Shown here: one piece after another, positions 38,429 to 48,355 of the stretch
Numbering within the stretch: the stretch's first letter is position 1
Layout of the letters: every line of letters starts with the position of its first letter
DNA from: Candidatus Krumholzibacteriia bacterium
GTDB taxonomy: Bacteria; Krumholzibacteriota; Krumholzibacteriia; JAJRXK01
Direction: 5' to 3'
Length of the DNA stretch: 64,000 nt
NCBI GenBank assembly: GCA_041484665.1
Contig: JBGPIA010000005.1
Span: forward strand, 107,648-171,647
The notes under the pieces: model-generated
Told to the model about the DNA's origin: nothing
The model's input: the letters and a program-made list of their open reading frames with translations, nothing else
Database searches by the model: none
Program-made: the position numbers and the translations under genes

Positions 38429-39859
38429 TCAGCTCGCGTGTGCGCCCATGGCACGCTTGAGTGGCTTGTTGAACATCCAGATGGCGATCCCCGCGCCGAC
38501 GCCCAGCACCAGCAGCAACATGAAGAACGCCTCGCGCGGAATGCGCGTGTACAGCGCTCCGATGTAGCCCGACAGCAGGTTGCCGAAGAAGCTGGAGAGG
38601 AACCACATCCCCATCATCATCGACACGATGCGCGCCGGCGAGACCTTGCTCACCAGCGAGAGCCCGATCGGTGACAGGTACAGCTCGCCGATCGTCAGCA
38701 GCAGCGTGGCGAACGCCGGCCAGAAGACGCTCCCCTTACCGTTGCCCACGATGCGCGCCCCGATCACCATGACGATGAACGAGATGCCCAGGATGAAACA
38801 GCCGATGGCCATCTTGGCCACGCTGCTGGGTTCCTGCTTGCGCTTGGCCTGCCAGGACCACAGGATCGTCGACAGCGGTGCGAAGATGAAGATGAACAGC
38901 GGATTGAACGACTGGAACCAGGTCGAGGGCACGTGGAACCCGCCGATGGAGGGCCAGCGCGTCTGCTCGTCGGCCCAGGTCTGCATGGTGTTGCCCTGCT
39001 GCTCGTAGACCGCCCAGAAGACGACGTTCAGCGCGCAGAGCGCCACCAGCGCCCAGACACGGCGCCACTCCTCGCTGGTGAGCTTCTGCGCCGCTGTAGC
39101 CGCCGCGGTCCCCGCGTTTCTGCTGCGCGTCAGCGTATCCGGCGCGAGGTGCTTGCGGCCCAGCGCTTGGACCACCAGACCCAGGCACATGCCCACGCCC
39201 GCTGCGAAGAACCCCCAACGCCAGCCGTGCAGGGCGGCCAGCGTGCCGCAGATCAGGTTGCAGATGAAGGCGCCCAGGTTGATGCCCATGTAGAAGATCG
39301 TGAAGGCCCCGTCGCGCCGTGGATCCCCCGGCGGGTAGAGGCTGCCGACCTGTGTGGAGATGTTGGGTTTGAAGAACCCATTGCCGCAGACCAGCACCAG
39401 CAGGCCGATGAAGAAGAGGTTCTCGGCGCCGAACAGCAGGAACTGCCCCAGCGCCATGAGGATGCCGCCGATGTACACCGCCTTGCGCTGCCCAAGGTAG
39501 CGGTCGGCGAGGATCCCGCCGAAGAGCGGCGTCAGGTAGACCAGGCCCGTGTACCAGCCGTAGACCACCGACGCCTGCGCCTGCACGCCGGTGGGCAGCA
39601 GCCCCTGGATGGCGTTCCAGCCCGCGACCGAGCCGGGATTGCCCGTGCCGTTGAACGCTCCGCCCTGCAGCACCTGGCGCGTGGCGACGAACAGATAGTT
39701 CACCATGTACAGCTTCAGCAGACCCCGCATGCCGTAGTAGGAGAAGCGCTCCCACATCTCGGTGAAGAACAGGACGAAGAGGCCCACGGGGTGCCCGAGG
39801 AGCTGCTTGCGCGTCGGCGGTCCGACCCAGGCAGGCTCGGGCGCGATTGCGGTCGTCAT
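38429..39859 (-). CDS. Proton-dependent oligopeptide (POT/PTR) transporter
   Basis: GHPVGL, EMWERFSYYGM (ExxERFxYY), GNGFFKPNIS, FYMGINLG, GELYLSPIG. Confidence 0.93.
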   Translation of the reverse strand: MTTAIAPEPAWVGPPTRKQLLGHPVGLFVLFFTEMWERFSYYGMRGLLKLYMVNYLFVATRQVLQGGAFNGTGNPGSVAGWNAIQGLLPTGVQAQASVVYGWYTGLVYLTPLFGGILADRYLGQRKAVYIGGILMALGQFLLFGAENLFFIGLLVLVCGNGFFKPNISTQVGSLYPPGDPRRDGAFTIFYMGINLGAFICNLICGTLAALHGWRWGFFAAGVGMCLGLVVQALGRKHLAPDTLTRSRNAGTAAATAAQKLTSEEWRRVWALVALCALNVVFWAVYEQQGNTMQTWADEQTRWPSIGGFHVPSTWFQSFNPLFIFIFAPLSTILWSWQAKRKQEPSSVAKMAIGCFILGISFIVMVIGARIVGNGKGSVFWPAFATLLLTIGELYLSPIGLSLVSKVSPARIVSMMMGMWFLSSFFGNLLSGYIGALYTRIPREAFFMLLLVLGVGAGIAIWMFNKPLKRAMGAHAS

Positions 39860-40106
39860 GGGTATGGCTCGCTCCAGGAAGTGGTAGGGTTGCTGGCGCG
39901 GACAGTTTGGGGGCTCGACGACGCGCGGGGCCGCGACGAGGGGGGTCGGGGCTGCCGTCGCGTGGGGTTGCGCTGGCCGACCGGGCGGCTGCCCACGGTC
40001 GCAGTCACGATAGTCGGTCGCGCGCGCGTCTGGAAGGGGTCTTTCTGTGGACCTACGGGCCCCCCGATGCGTCGTCGATCCCCGAGGCACCCCATCCAGC
40101 GGCTCG

Positions 40107-42008
40107 TCAGCGCAGCGGATTCTCCAGGACGATCTGGCGGACCCACAGCCCGCGCACACTGGTCTCGCGTCCGGCCAGCGCGCGGAAGCGGTCGAACGCG
40201 CGCGAACGTGGAGCCGGCTCTGCGGTGCTCGCCGGCAGCTCTGCGAGCCCCCCGGTGCCGCGCAGCCTCTCCACCGATGCCGTACCGACTGCGGCATACT
40301 CGATCGGTCTGTCCGGCGCGGGTGCTGGCAGCCGGCCGAGGTCGGCCTCCAGCTCGGGCACCGGCTCGGGGCTCACCACCAGCAGGAAGTACTCGCGGCC
40401 ACCACGGCTCGTCACGGTCCAGGCCTGCTCATGGCCGGCGATCGTTCCCGGCAGCACGAACGTCGAATCGGCGGGCAGTGGGTTGTGCATATCGAACCGC
40501 GGCTGAGGGAAGAGCAGGAACCGCTCGCCGCGGTCGTCTTCGTTGAGCACGTACACCCACGCTGCGCGCGTCGCGCGCACCTCGAGTGAGAGGCGGTCTC
40601 CCGGGGAGACCCGGTCCCCCGTCACCAGCCGGAGCGCCGCGCCGGCGTCGCGGCGCAGGAATGAGGCCTCGGCCGCATAGGTCCCCTCTGCGGCAGCCGG
40701 CCCGCCGGCCGCACCGGCCGTGGCCGGCGTGGCAGACGCAACCGGAAATGCGGCTCTACCCTGCGGGGCAGTTCCACCCGGCGCCGCGTCCCCGCCAGGC
40801 GCGTTGGCTGCACCTGGTGAGGTGGCCGGAACGCTTCCGCCGACGTGCGTATCCACTGGCCCGACACGCGTCCGCCACACGCCGAAGGCCGCGAGGGTAG
40901 CGACCACCGCAACCCCCGCGAGCACCCGGGTCCGCCGCGTCGCATGCGGAACGTGCAGACGGCGCGCCGCCGGGGCAGCGGTCTGCTGCCAGCCCCGCAG
41001 CGCGTCCACGAGCAGTTGCGCGCTCACAACGCGCGACTCCGGGACCGGAGCGATCGCCCGCTCTACGATCTCGGCGAGCGGCGCAGGCACGTCGGGACGG
41101 ACCTGGAGCAGCCCGGGCGCGGGACCGCCAGCGGCGGCGGCGCGCAGCTCGGAGAACGTGCTGGCCACGAACGGATGCCGCCCCGCGAGCGCGAACCACA
41201 GCAAGAGGCCCAGCGAGTAGACGTCCGATCGCACGTTCGGGGGCGCCCCCACCAGCAGCTCGGGCGCCATGTACATCGGCGTGCCCGAGGGCCAGGTCGC
41301 TTGCGCCGCGGCGTCGTCCCAGCGCACCCCCAGGCCGAAGTCGGTGAGCACGTAGCGGCCTTCGGCGTCGCGTACGACGTTGGCGGGCTTAACGTCGCGA
41401 TGGAGCAGCCCCGCCGTGTGCACCGCGGCCAGCGCCGCGCCGATCTCGACACCCAGGCGCACTGCCTCGCTCGCAGGCAGCGGCCCGCGGCTGCGCACCT
41501 CCCGCTCCAGCGTGGTGCCACGCACGAGCTCCATCCACAGCCCCACGCGGCCGTCGTGGCGGTCGATCCCGAGGATCGCGACGACGTGGGGATGGCGGAT
41601 GCGGGCCGCCGCGCGCCCCTCCTCGAGCAACGGGGAATCGCCGGTGTCCGCGGACCCACCGCGCGCGTCCGGACGGATCAGCTTCAGCGCGACCTCTCGC
41701 AGAAGCTTGGGATCCCAGGCGCGGTAGACGTCTGCGTGGGCGCCCACCCCGATGCGCTCGAGCAGCAGGAGCTCGCCCCAGCGCTGGGGCATGCTGCCCG
41801 TTTCGCGGCCGCCCGCCCGTGCGATCTCCGACTCGCTGCCGCGCTGGAGGTTGCGGCTGAAGTCGGCGATGCGGGAAACGTCGCGCAGATTCTCCACCCG
41901 GGGCCGCTGCGATGGAGTCGCTCCGCGTACGGCTGAGTCCCAGTCCACGGGCGTCCCGTCCGCCACGGGCCCCAGGAATTCGTCGAGCGGATCTCGCTCA
42001 GCGGGCAT
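40107..42008 (-). CDS. Hanks-type Ser/Thr protein kinase with TM helix and C-terminal DUF4384-like domain
   Basis: IGVGAHADVY, VALK, HRDVKPANV, TDFG, GTPMYMAPE; TM VLAGVAVVATLAAFGVW; PGDRLSL...WVYVLNED...LLFP. Confidence 0.9.
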   Translation of the reverse strand: MPAERDPLDEFLGPVADGTPVDWDSAVRGATPSQRPRVENLRDVSRIADFSRNLQRGSESEIARAGGRETGSMPQRWGELLLLERIGVGAHADVYRAWDPKLLREVALKLIRPDARGGSADTGDSPLLEEGRAAARIRHPHVVAILGIDRHDGRVGLWMELVRGTTLEREVRSRGPLPASEAVRLGVEIGAALAAVHTAGLLHRDVKPANVVRDAEGRYVLTDFGLGVRWDDAAAQATWPSGTPMYMAPELLVGAPPNVRSDVYSLGLLLWFALAGRHPFVASTFSELRAAAAGGPAPGLLQVRPDVPAPLAEIVERAIAPVPESRVVSAQLLVDALRGWQQTAAPAARRLHVPHATRRTRVLAGVAVVATLAAFGVWRTRVGPVDTHVGGSVPATSPGAANAPGGDAAPGGTAPQGRAAFPVASATPATAGAAGGPAAAEGTYAAEASFLRRDAGAALRLVTGDRVSPGDRLSLEVRATRAAWVYVLNEDDRGERFLLFPQPRFDMHNPLPADSTFVLPGTIAGHEQAWTVTSRGGREYFLLVVSPEPVPELEADLGRLPAPAPDRPIEYAAVGTASVERLRGTGGLAELPASTAEPAPRSRAFDRFRALAGRETSVRGLWVRQIVLENPLR

Positions 42009-42609
42009 GGCCCATCGCCTCCGCCAGGCGCCCGAGCGCCCTCTGCACCGCCATACGGGCCGCGTCCCGGCTCGGCCGCCCGGTCATCGCTGCGATCTCC
42101 TCGTACTCGAAGGCCAGCTCGATTCGTAGGTGCAACAATTCCCCGTCCTCCTCGTCCAGCTGCGCGAGCCCGCGCTCGAAGCGCTGCAGCACGTCAGCAC
42201 CGATGGCGTCCTCTAACGGCGAGGGTGCGGGGTCGTGCAGGTCCTCCGGCACGGCAGCGGACCCATGCCGTCGGGCCGCCCAGCGCACCTGATCTAGAAT
42301 ACGGTTGAGCACGGCCTGGCGAACATACGCCTGGAAGCCCCCGGGACCCCGGACCTCGACGCGGTCCAGCCCCTCCAGGGTCCGCAGCAGCGTATCCTGC
42401 ACCAGGTCGGCCGTATCCAGCAGGGAGCGGGCGAAGACAGGCAGCCGGCCGCTCGCCCATCGCTGTAGGCGAGGCAGATAGCGGGCCAAAAGCTGCTCGC
42501 GGGCGCGCGCGTCGCCCCCCTTGGCAAGCAGCAGCAGATCGCTCGTCGCGACGAGGGGAGCAGCCCGGTCTGAGCCCGGGGCGTTCCAGGGGGGCGGGTG
42601 CGCCGACAA
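41998..42609 (-). CDS. ECF RNA polymerase sigma factor
   Basis: AKGGDARAREQL, DLVQDTLL, YEEIA, AARMAVQRAL; overlaps the kinase start by 11 bp. Confidence 0.88.
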   Translation of the reverse strand: MSAHPPPWNAPGSDRAAPLVATSDLLLLAKGGDARAREQLLARYLPRLQRWASGRLPVFARSLLDTADLVQDTLLRTLEGLDRVEVRGPGGFQAYVRQAVLNRILDQVRWAARRHGSAAVPEDLHDPAPSPLEDAIGADVLQRFERGLAQLDEEDGELLHLRIELAFEYEEIAAMTGRPSRDAARMAVQRALGRLAEAMGHAR

Positions 42610-42795
42610 CAGCGGAGACCTCCAGGTGCCGGAAGCCGAATCGACGCCCCACGGGCGCCGAGGGGACCCGCGCCGGGCGAGGCTTCTATCATACGCGCAC
42701 CGGCGATACCGGAAGAAGGCCGCCGGTCGCGCCAGGGTGCTTGGACACTCGGGCCCGGGAAGAGCGGACGCACCGCGCCGAAGGCGGTGGCGCGC

Positions 42796-43554
42796 TCAGC
42801 GCAGCGGCTTCACCTGCGCTCCCGCCGCCTCGAGCCGCGCGCGGACCGCGCGCGCGATCGCGGGCGAGCCGGGGGTGTCCCCGTGGATGCAGATGGTGTC
42901 CGCACGGACCGCGACGGGCGTGCCATTCCAGGCCACCACCCCGCGCCCCGTCACGATCCCCAGCGCCTGTTCGGCCGCCTGCGCCGGCTCCGTCACCAGC
43001 GCGTCCGGATGGTCACGCCCGCGCAGTCCGCCGTCGGGCTCGTAACGCCGGTCGGCGAAGGCCTCCGCAGCCACGCGCAGGCCCATCGCTTCCCAGCTGC
43101 GGAGCATGGGCGAGCCCGCCAGGCCCACCAGGATGAGCTCCTGGCTCCACCGCGCGACCGCCCGCGCGATCGCTTCGGCAACGGCATTGTCGCGGCCAGC
43201 GGCGTGGTAGAGGGCGCCATGGGGCTTTACGTGGACGAGACTTGCCCCCAGCCGCGACGCCACCTCTGCGAGCGAGCGGATCTGGGTGAGCACGAATGTC
43301 TCGATCTCGGCAGGGCTCACGCGCAGCTCCCGGCGGCCGAAGCCCTCCTGATCCGGATAGCCGGGGTGTGCACCGACGGCAACCCCGTGCCGCAGCGCGG
43401 AGCGGATCGTGTGCTCCATGGTGGACTCATCGCCGGCGTGCCCACCGCAGGCCACGTTTGCCGAGGAGACGCATGCCATCAGCGCGTCCTGCGTGCCGTC
43501 GCGGATGGCCTCCGGCCGCTCTCCCACGTCGCAATTGAGATCGATGATGGGCAT
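42796..43554 (-). CDS. pxpA: 5-oxoprolinase subunit A (LamB/YcsF family)
   Basis: IDLNCDVGE, ANVACGGHAGD, GAHPGYPD, HVKPHGALY, EAFADRRY, TICIHGD. Confidence 0.92.
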   Translation of the reverse strand: MPIIDLNCDVGERPEAIRDGTQDALMACVSSANVACGGHAGDESTMEHTIRSALRHGVAVGAHPGYPDQEGFGRRELRVSPAEIETFVLTQIRSLAEVASRLGASLVHVKPHGALYHAAGRDNAVAEAIARAVARWSQELILVGLAGSPMLRSWEAMGLRVAAEAFADRRYEPDGGLRGRDHPDALVTEPAQAAEQALGIVTGRGVVAWNGTPVAVRADTICIHGDTPGSPAIARAVRARLEAAGAQVKPLR

Positions 43555-43671
43555 GGGATCAACTCGCCTGCGAGCAGATGATCCGGCCGCTCACGTCCGA
43601 TGGAGCGATCCTGGCCCGCGCGCCGTCGCGAGCGATCAAGGCGTTCACGGCCGCCCCGCGGAGGTGACGAC

Positions 43672-44934
43672 TCACGACAATACCTCGCCCCGCGTCTCGG
43701 GCAGCAGGAGCATGCACACTGCGCCGAGCAGATAGAAGAGGGATGTCACTGCCAACGCACTGCCGATACCGAACCGGTCGGCCAGGGCCCCGATCAGCAG
43801 CGGGGAGCCAGCGCTCGCAGCGCGGCCGATGTTGTAACAGAACCCCTGCGCGGTGGCGCGGATCGCCGAGGGGAACAGCTCCGCCAGCAAGGCGCCGAAC
43901 ACGCTGAAGTAGCCGTGCCCGAGGAAGCCGACCAGGGGGCCCAGGATCAGGAGCGTCGTCTGGCTCCGCGCGCAGAGACCGTACACGGGCACGAGGATCG
44001 CGGCCCCGAGCACGAAGGCGAGGAAGACCTTTCGGCGGCCGAACCGGTCGGCCAGCACTCCAAACAGCGTGTAGCCCAGGAACGCTCCCGCCTGCATCAC
44101 GATGATCCAGGTCGACGAGCGGACCACCCCCAGCCCGGCGCCGCCGCCCTCGACAGGGGACGCCAGGTAGGTGGGAATCCAGGTGAAGAGTCCCCAGTAC
44201 GCGCAGAGCAGGGCGGTCCCCATGGCGGTGGCCGCCAGCGTCCTGGCGAGCAGCGGCGGACGGAAGATCGCTGCGGGTGACAGGCGATCGCGTCCGGCGG
44301 CCGCGCCTGCGGTCCCCACCGCAGTGCGCTGGCGCGCCCAGATCTCGGGCTCGGGAACGCTCCTTCGCACCCAGGCCGCGAACAGCGCTGGGAGCACGCC
44401 GATCAAAAAAAGCGGCCGCCACCCGTATCGCGGGAGGACCGCCGCGGCAAGTCCCGCCGCCAGCATGTACCCGATCGCCCAACCCGATTGCATCAGGCCG
44501 ATGGCCTTGCCCCGGTGCTGCGGCGGCCACGTTTCGGCCACCAACACCGAGCCTGCGGTCCACTCGGCTCCCAGCCCGATTCCCACGAGCGCGCGCCACA
44601 GGATCAGCGCCCCCAACCCGCGCGCGGTGGCGGTTGCCGCCGTGAACACCGAGTAGACAAGGACGGCAATGACGAGCATCCGGCTGCGGCCGAAACGGTC
44701 CGCCAGGACGCCGGCGGCCGCCCCACCCAAGGCCGAGGCGAGCAGGGTAACCGACGCGAGAGCGCCCGCGGTCGCGGAGCTTAGCGAGAACTCGGACCGG
44801 ATCGCGGTCAGCGCGAAGGCGTACAGCATCACGTCCATTGCATCGAGCATCCAGCCGACCTGGGCCGCGAGCAGCGTCTTCCACTGGAGCGGCGTGATCT
44901 CCCGCCTCCAGGTCCGGGGGTGCTCGGGCGTCAT
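43672..44934 (-). CDS. MFS transporter (sialate/aromatic acid:H+ symporter-like)
   Basis: GWMLDAMD, ADRFGR twice, GAEW, ELFPSAIRATAQG, LPETRG. Confidence 0.88.
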   Translation of the reverse strand: MTPEHPRTWRREITPLQWKTLLAAQVGWMLDAMDVMLYAFALTAIRSEFSLSSATAGALASVTLLASALGGAAAGVLADRFGRSRMLVIAVLVYSVFTAATATARGLGALILWRALVGIGLGAEWTAGSVLVAETWPPQHRGKAIGLMQSGWAIGYMLAAGLAAAVLPRYGWRPLFLIGVLPALFAAWVRRSVPEPEIWARQRTAVGTAGAAAGRDRLSPAAIFRPPLLARTLAATAMGTALLCAYWGLFTWIPTYLASPVEGGGAGLGVVRSSTWIIVMQAGAFLGYTLFGVLADRFGRRKVFLAFVLGAAILVPVYGLCARSQTTLLILGPLVGFLGHGYFSVFGALLAELFPSAIRATAQGFCYNIGRAASAGSPLLIGALADRFGIGSALAVTSLFYLLGAVCMLLLPETRGEVLS

Positions 44935-45902
44935 GCCGGCTCCAGGGCGTTCGTCCAGCGTCGTTCCTGCTCGCGGAACGCCGCATGCGCCTGCGCCATG
45001 GACACGGGCTCGAACCGCACGCGATTGCGCGGACGCAGTTGGCCCAGGGCGGGTAGGTCGGCTGCGATCACGTTGGCGATCTTCGGATAGCCTCCCGTCG
45101 TCTGCTGCTCGACGAACAGAACGATGGGCTGCCCGCTCTCCGGTAGCTGGACGGCGCCCAGGCACACGCCCTCGGTGAGCATTTGCCGCGAGCCCGTCGG
45201 GATCGGCGCGGGACCCACGAGCCGCAGGCCCATACGATCGGCCTGCTCGGTGACCTCGTAGGACGCGCGGTGGAACTCCGCGAGCGACTCAGGGGCGAAC
45301 CAGTCGGCCTGGGGGCCCTCTGTCACGCGCAGAATACCTCGGAGAATGACCTCCTCGATCTCACGCGGCGCGATGCTCAGCCGGCGAAGGGGCTCGCCGG
45401 GATCGGGACCGATCTCGATCCGATCGCCTCGCCGCAGCGCCCGGCCCTGGAATCCGCCAATCCCACTCAACAAATGCGTCGAGACGCTTCCGAGTACGCG
45501 AGGGACCTCGACCCCTCCGCGCGCGCACAGGTAGCATCGCGCACCCGAGCGCGTCGGGCCCAGACGCACGAGCTCACCCACGGCCACGCGCACCGCGGTC
45601 CACAAGGGGAGTGGGCGCATGTCGGGGCGCGGTCCTGCGCTCGTGGCCGGACCTTCGATCGTCGCTTTGAAGGCGGAGCCGGCCAGAGCGACGACCGCTG
45701 GCACGTCGGTCTCGAAGGTACCGCCGACGAGAGTCATCTCCAGGGCGCCGGCGTCCTGCGGGTTGCCGACCAGACGGTTGCCCACGCGCAGCGAGAGCGT
45801 ATCGGCGGCTCCCGCCGCCGATACGCCGAGGATGCCATGGCCGAAGCGGCCCAGATCCTGGACCGTCGTCAGAAGGCCGGGCTCGATCACGCGCAGCGCC
45901 AT
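44931..45902 (-). CDS. pxpC: 5-oxoprolinase subunit C (biotin-dependent carboxyltransferase family)
   Basis: PGLLTTVQDLGR, NRLVGN, DRMGLRL, QTTGGYPKIA. Confidence 0.9.
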   Translation of the reverse strand: MALRVIEPGLLTTVQDLGRFGHGILGVSAAGAADTLSLRVGNRLVGNPQDAGALEMTLVGGTFETDVPAVVALAGSAFKATIEGPATSAGPRPDMRPLPLWTAVRVAVGELVRLGPTRSGARCYLCARGGVEVPRVLGSVSTHLLSGIGGFQGRALRRGDRIEIGPDPGEPLRRLSIAPREIEEVILRGILRVTEGPQADWFAPESLAEFHRASYEVTEQADRMGLRLVGPAPIPTGSRQMLTEGVCLGAVQLPESGQPIVLFVEQQTTGGYPKIANVIAADLPALGQLRPRNRVRFEPVSMAQAHAAFREQERRWTNALEPA

Positions 45903-46598
45903 CTACGCACCATGGCTGGCGAGCAGCCGGAAATCGCGCACGGAGATCGGCGCGAAGCGGACGCGATCGCCCGGCGCGAGCCGCGCGGGTGGAGCGTGAT
46001 CGACGCGGAAAAGCTCGAGCGGAGTCCGTCCGACGATTCGCCAGCCCCCGGGCGTGGCGAACGGGTAGATGCCCGCCTGCGCGCCTCCAATGGCGACGCT
46101 TCCGGCCGGAACTCTCCGGCGCGGGACGGTGAGCCGGGGCGTGGCAATGATCTCCGGCAACCCGCCCAGGTACGGGAAGCCCGGAACGAAGCCGAGGAAG
46201 TGGACAACGTACTCGGCGCAGGAGTGCAGGCGCACCACGTCGTGGGTCGAGAGTTCGTGCAGGCGCGCGACGTCCTCGAGATCGGGCGCGAACTCGGCCT
46301 CGTAGCACACGGGCAGTTCGACTAGACGCCGTTGCGGCTGCGTGCGCTCCGTGGCGTGGGTGAGGGCCTGGCGCACATCGGATTCGAACCGACCGGGCTC
46401 GGCCGATCTGGGGTCGAAGACAGCCAGAATGGACGCGTACGCAGGGTGCAGGTTGAGCAGACCGGGAATCCGGGCATCCCGGAGCGTCTCGAGCGCCGAC
46501 AGCACCCGGCCCTGGACCTCCGTGGAGACCTCGTCACCGAGCGTCACGAGAAGGCCCCGATCGCTCGCCCAGCGGTATGTGGGCTCCAGGAGGCTCAC
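45903..46598 (-). CDS. pxpB: 5-oxoprolinase subunit B
   Basis: PAYASIL, LPVCY, GFVPGFPYLG, PAGSVAIGG, TPGGWRIVGRT. Confidence 0.9.
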   Translation of the reverse strand: MSLLEPTYRWASDRGLLVTLGDEVSTEVQGRVLSALETLRDARIPGLLNLHPAYASILAVFDPRSAEPGRFESDVRQALTHATERTQPQRRLVELPVCYEAEFAPDLEDVARLHELSTHDVVRLHSCAEYVVHFLGFVPGFPYLGGLPEIIATPRLTVPRRRVPAGSVAIGGAQAGIYPFATPGGWRIVGRTPLELFRVDHAPPARLAPGDRVRFAPISVRDFRLLASHGA

Positions 46599-46605
46599 GC
46601 GCAGG

Positions 46606-46611
46606 AGTGTA
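46606..46611 (-). promoter_or_regulatory. -10 element TACACT 7 nt before the pxpB GTG (putative leaderless transcript)
   Basis: Minus strand reads TACACT-CCTGCGC-GTG with no Shine-Dalgarno. Confidence 0.45.
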
Positions 46612-46686
46612 CCGCAAGGGGGGAGCGATTGCCGATCACGCGGGGGCGGAGACTTTGGTGGCGCGCGGGCGCGCTGCCCCACAACT

Positions 46687-47163
46687 TCAGGGCCCGCCGT
46701 CCGGGCCGCTTGGGCGGGAAGCACGCAGGCGCTCGAGGGAGGCGCCGGCCTGCGGCAGCAGCGCCGACTTGGGGAACTGCGCCTCGAACAGCTCCAGCCG
46801 CGCGACGGCGTGGTCCACATCGCGTTGCGGATTGAGCAGGTTACCCTCGGCCTCGGCCCAGCGCAGCAGCGCCTCGGCGCGCACCTCCTCGGGCACGCCC
46901 TGCTTCTGGTGGAGGGAATGAAAGAGCGAGATGGAGTCCCCGCACCGACCGTCGCGCGCAAGAGCCTTGGCGCGCGTCAGCTCGGCCTGCGCGGCAGTGC
47001 GGTGGAGCGTGAGCGCAGTGTTCTCGCTGGCGGTCCGCTCTCCGAGGGCATCCTCGCCCTCGTGGTAGCTGCGGTCGACGGTCGTGCGGGAGCCGCACCC
47101 CGACGCGAGGAGCGCGATCAAGGCAACGGCGAGCCCCAAGGACACGAGACGGCAGCGGTCCAT
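46687..47163 (-). CDS. Putative lipoprotein with TPR-like helices
   Basis: Lipobox LASGC after a hydrophobic stretch; helical domain ending FPKS. Confidence 0.7.
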   Translation of the reverse strand: MDRCRLVSLGLAVALIALLASGCGSRTTVDRSYHEGEDALGERTASENTALTLHRTAAQAELTRAKALARDGRCGDSISLFHSLHQKQGVPEEVRAEALLRWAEAEGNLLNPQRDVDHAVARLELFEAQFPKSALLPQAGASLERLRASRPSGPDGGP

Positions 47164-47373
47164 GCTGGCCTCGCTTCGCACGACGGGGGCGCCAAGAGAG
47201 TGGCGCCGAGACGACAGTGGGGGCGCTTGGAAAGCTGGGGGCGCAAGAGAGGATCGCGCCGCCGCCGCTCCAAGCCCAGCGGCGGTCGCGTGCTAACCTG
47301 GGCCTCCCCCGGACGTCTTCCAGACAGCAAGCGTCGCCCTGCGATCGACGCACCTTCCCATCGGGAGGTTGCC

Positions 47374-48135
47374 ATGATCGCTCCGCTGGGCTCGTTCGCG
47401 GTCCCCGCCGTCCGTCCACCCGAAGCGGCGACCACCGCCGCGCAGACTGCCGCCCGCGCCGCCGCGCTCGCTGCCACTCGTGCCCCGCTGGCGGCCACTC
47501 ACGCCGCGCTCGCTGCCACTCGTGCCCCGCAGGCTGGCACTCGCGCCGCGCTCGCGGCAGCCATGGTCATCGCGCTTGCCACCGCCGTGCTCGTCGTGCT
47601 GGCGGCCACGCCGGCCAGCGCCAGCGCCGATCCCGAAGTGCTCCGCCTGCTCGACGCCGCCCGCGAGGCGTACGCCAGCGGCGAACAACACGCCGCCCTG
47701 CTCCACATGGAGCAGGCCCGGGCTCGGATCGAGGCGCAGGCGCGCAGCGTGAGCGCCGGCGTCCTGCAGAACCTGGCAATCCTCCACGAGAATCTCGCGC
47801 GCTACCGGCTCTGCGCCCACGGTCGCTCGCCCGATCTCAACGCAACCTACCAGACGACCGTGGAGCTCCTGCTGGTCGTCGAGGGTGCGTACCAACAGCC
47901 CCGGAGGCCCTCACACTCCGGCCGGTGGCAGATCGACTTCGACATCGACGGGCGCCTCCAGCGGATCGGCGAGATGGACGTGGAGTACGTACCCTTCTCG
48001 GACCGCATCCGCCGGCTGGGTCCAATCGAGATCGAGTATCAGCCGTTCAGTGAGGTGCCGCGCCGCATCGGGTGCATCGAGTTCCGTTGGGTTTTCGGCG
48101 AGCTGTGGGAGGTAGCCGGCGAAAGTGTGCGGTAG
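47374..48135 (+). CDS. Hypothetical exported protein
   Basis: RBS GGGAGG; Ala-rich repeats then a signal-like helix; C-terminal repeats of the form R-I/L-G...I-E-Y-x-P-F-S. Confidence 0.6.
   Translation: MIAPLGSFAVPAVRPPEAATTAAQTAARAAALAATRAPLAATHAALAATRAPQAGTRAALAAAMVIALATAVLVVLAATPASASADPEVLRLLDAAREAYASGEQHAALLHMEQARARIEAQARSVSAGVLQNLAILHENLARYRLCAHGRSPDLNATYQTTVELLLVVEGAYQQPRRPSHSGRWQIDFDIDGRLQRIGEMDVEYVPFSDRIRRLGPIEIEYQPFSEVPRRIGCIEFRWVFGELWEVAGESVR
47460..47555. repeat. 42-bp coding tandem repeat, about 2.3 copies (21-bp subunits; AALAATR/APLAATH)
   Basis: Units start at 47460, 47502 and 47544 (partial). Confidence 0.75.
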
Positions 48136-48355
48136 GCGCTGGGGGCGAGCCGTTCGATCGCCGCGCGGCCCGGCTCCAATCAAAGCCCCTGCGCGGGACG
48201 CGGCGAGGCAGGCGCTGCTAGGCTGCGGATCGCGCTCGCACGCGCGGTTAGATGCTTGGCCTCGCCGGAGCGGCCAGCCCGCGAGGCAGCCGGCGACGAA
48301 CCCTGCAGCTCGAAGTACACTCTGCCCTCCACCCGGGCCAGGAGGGGAGACGAGC

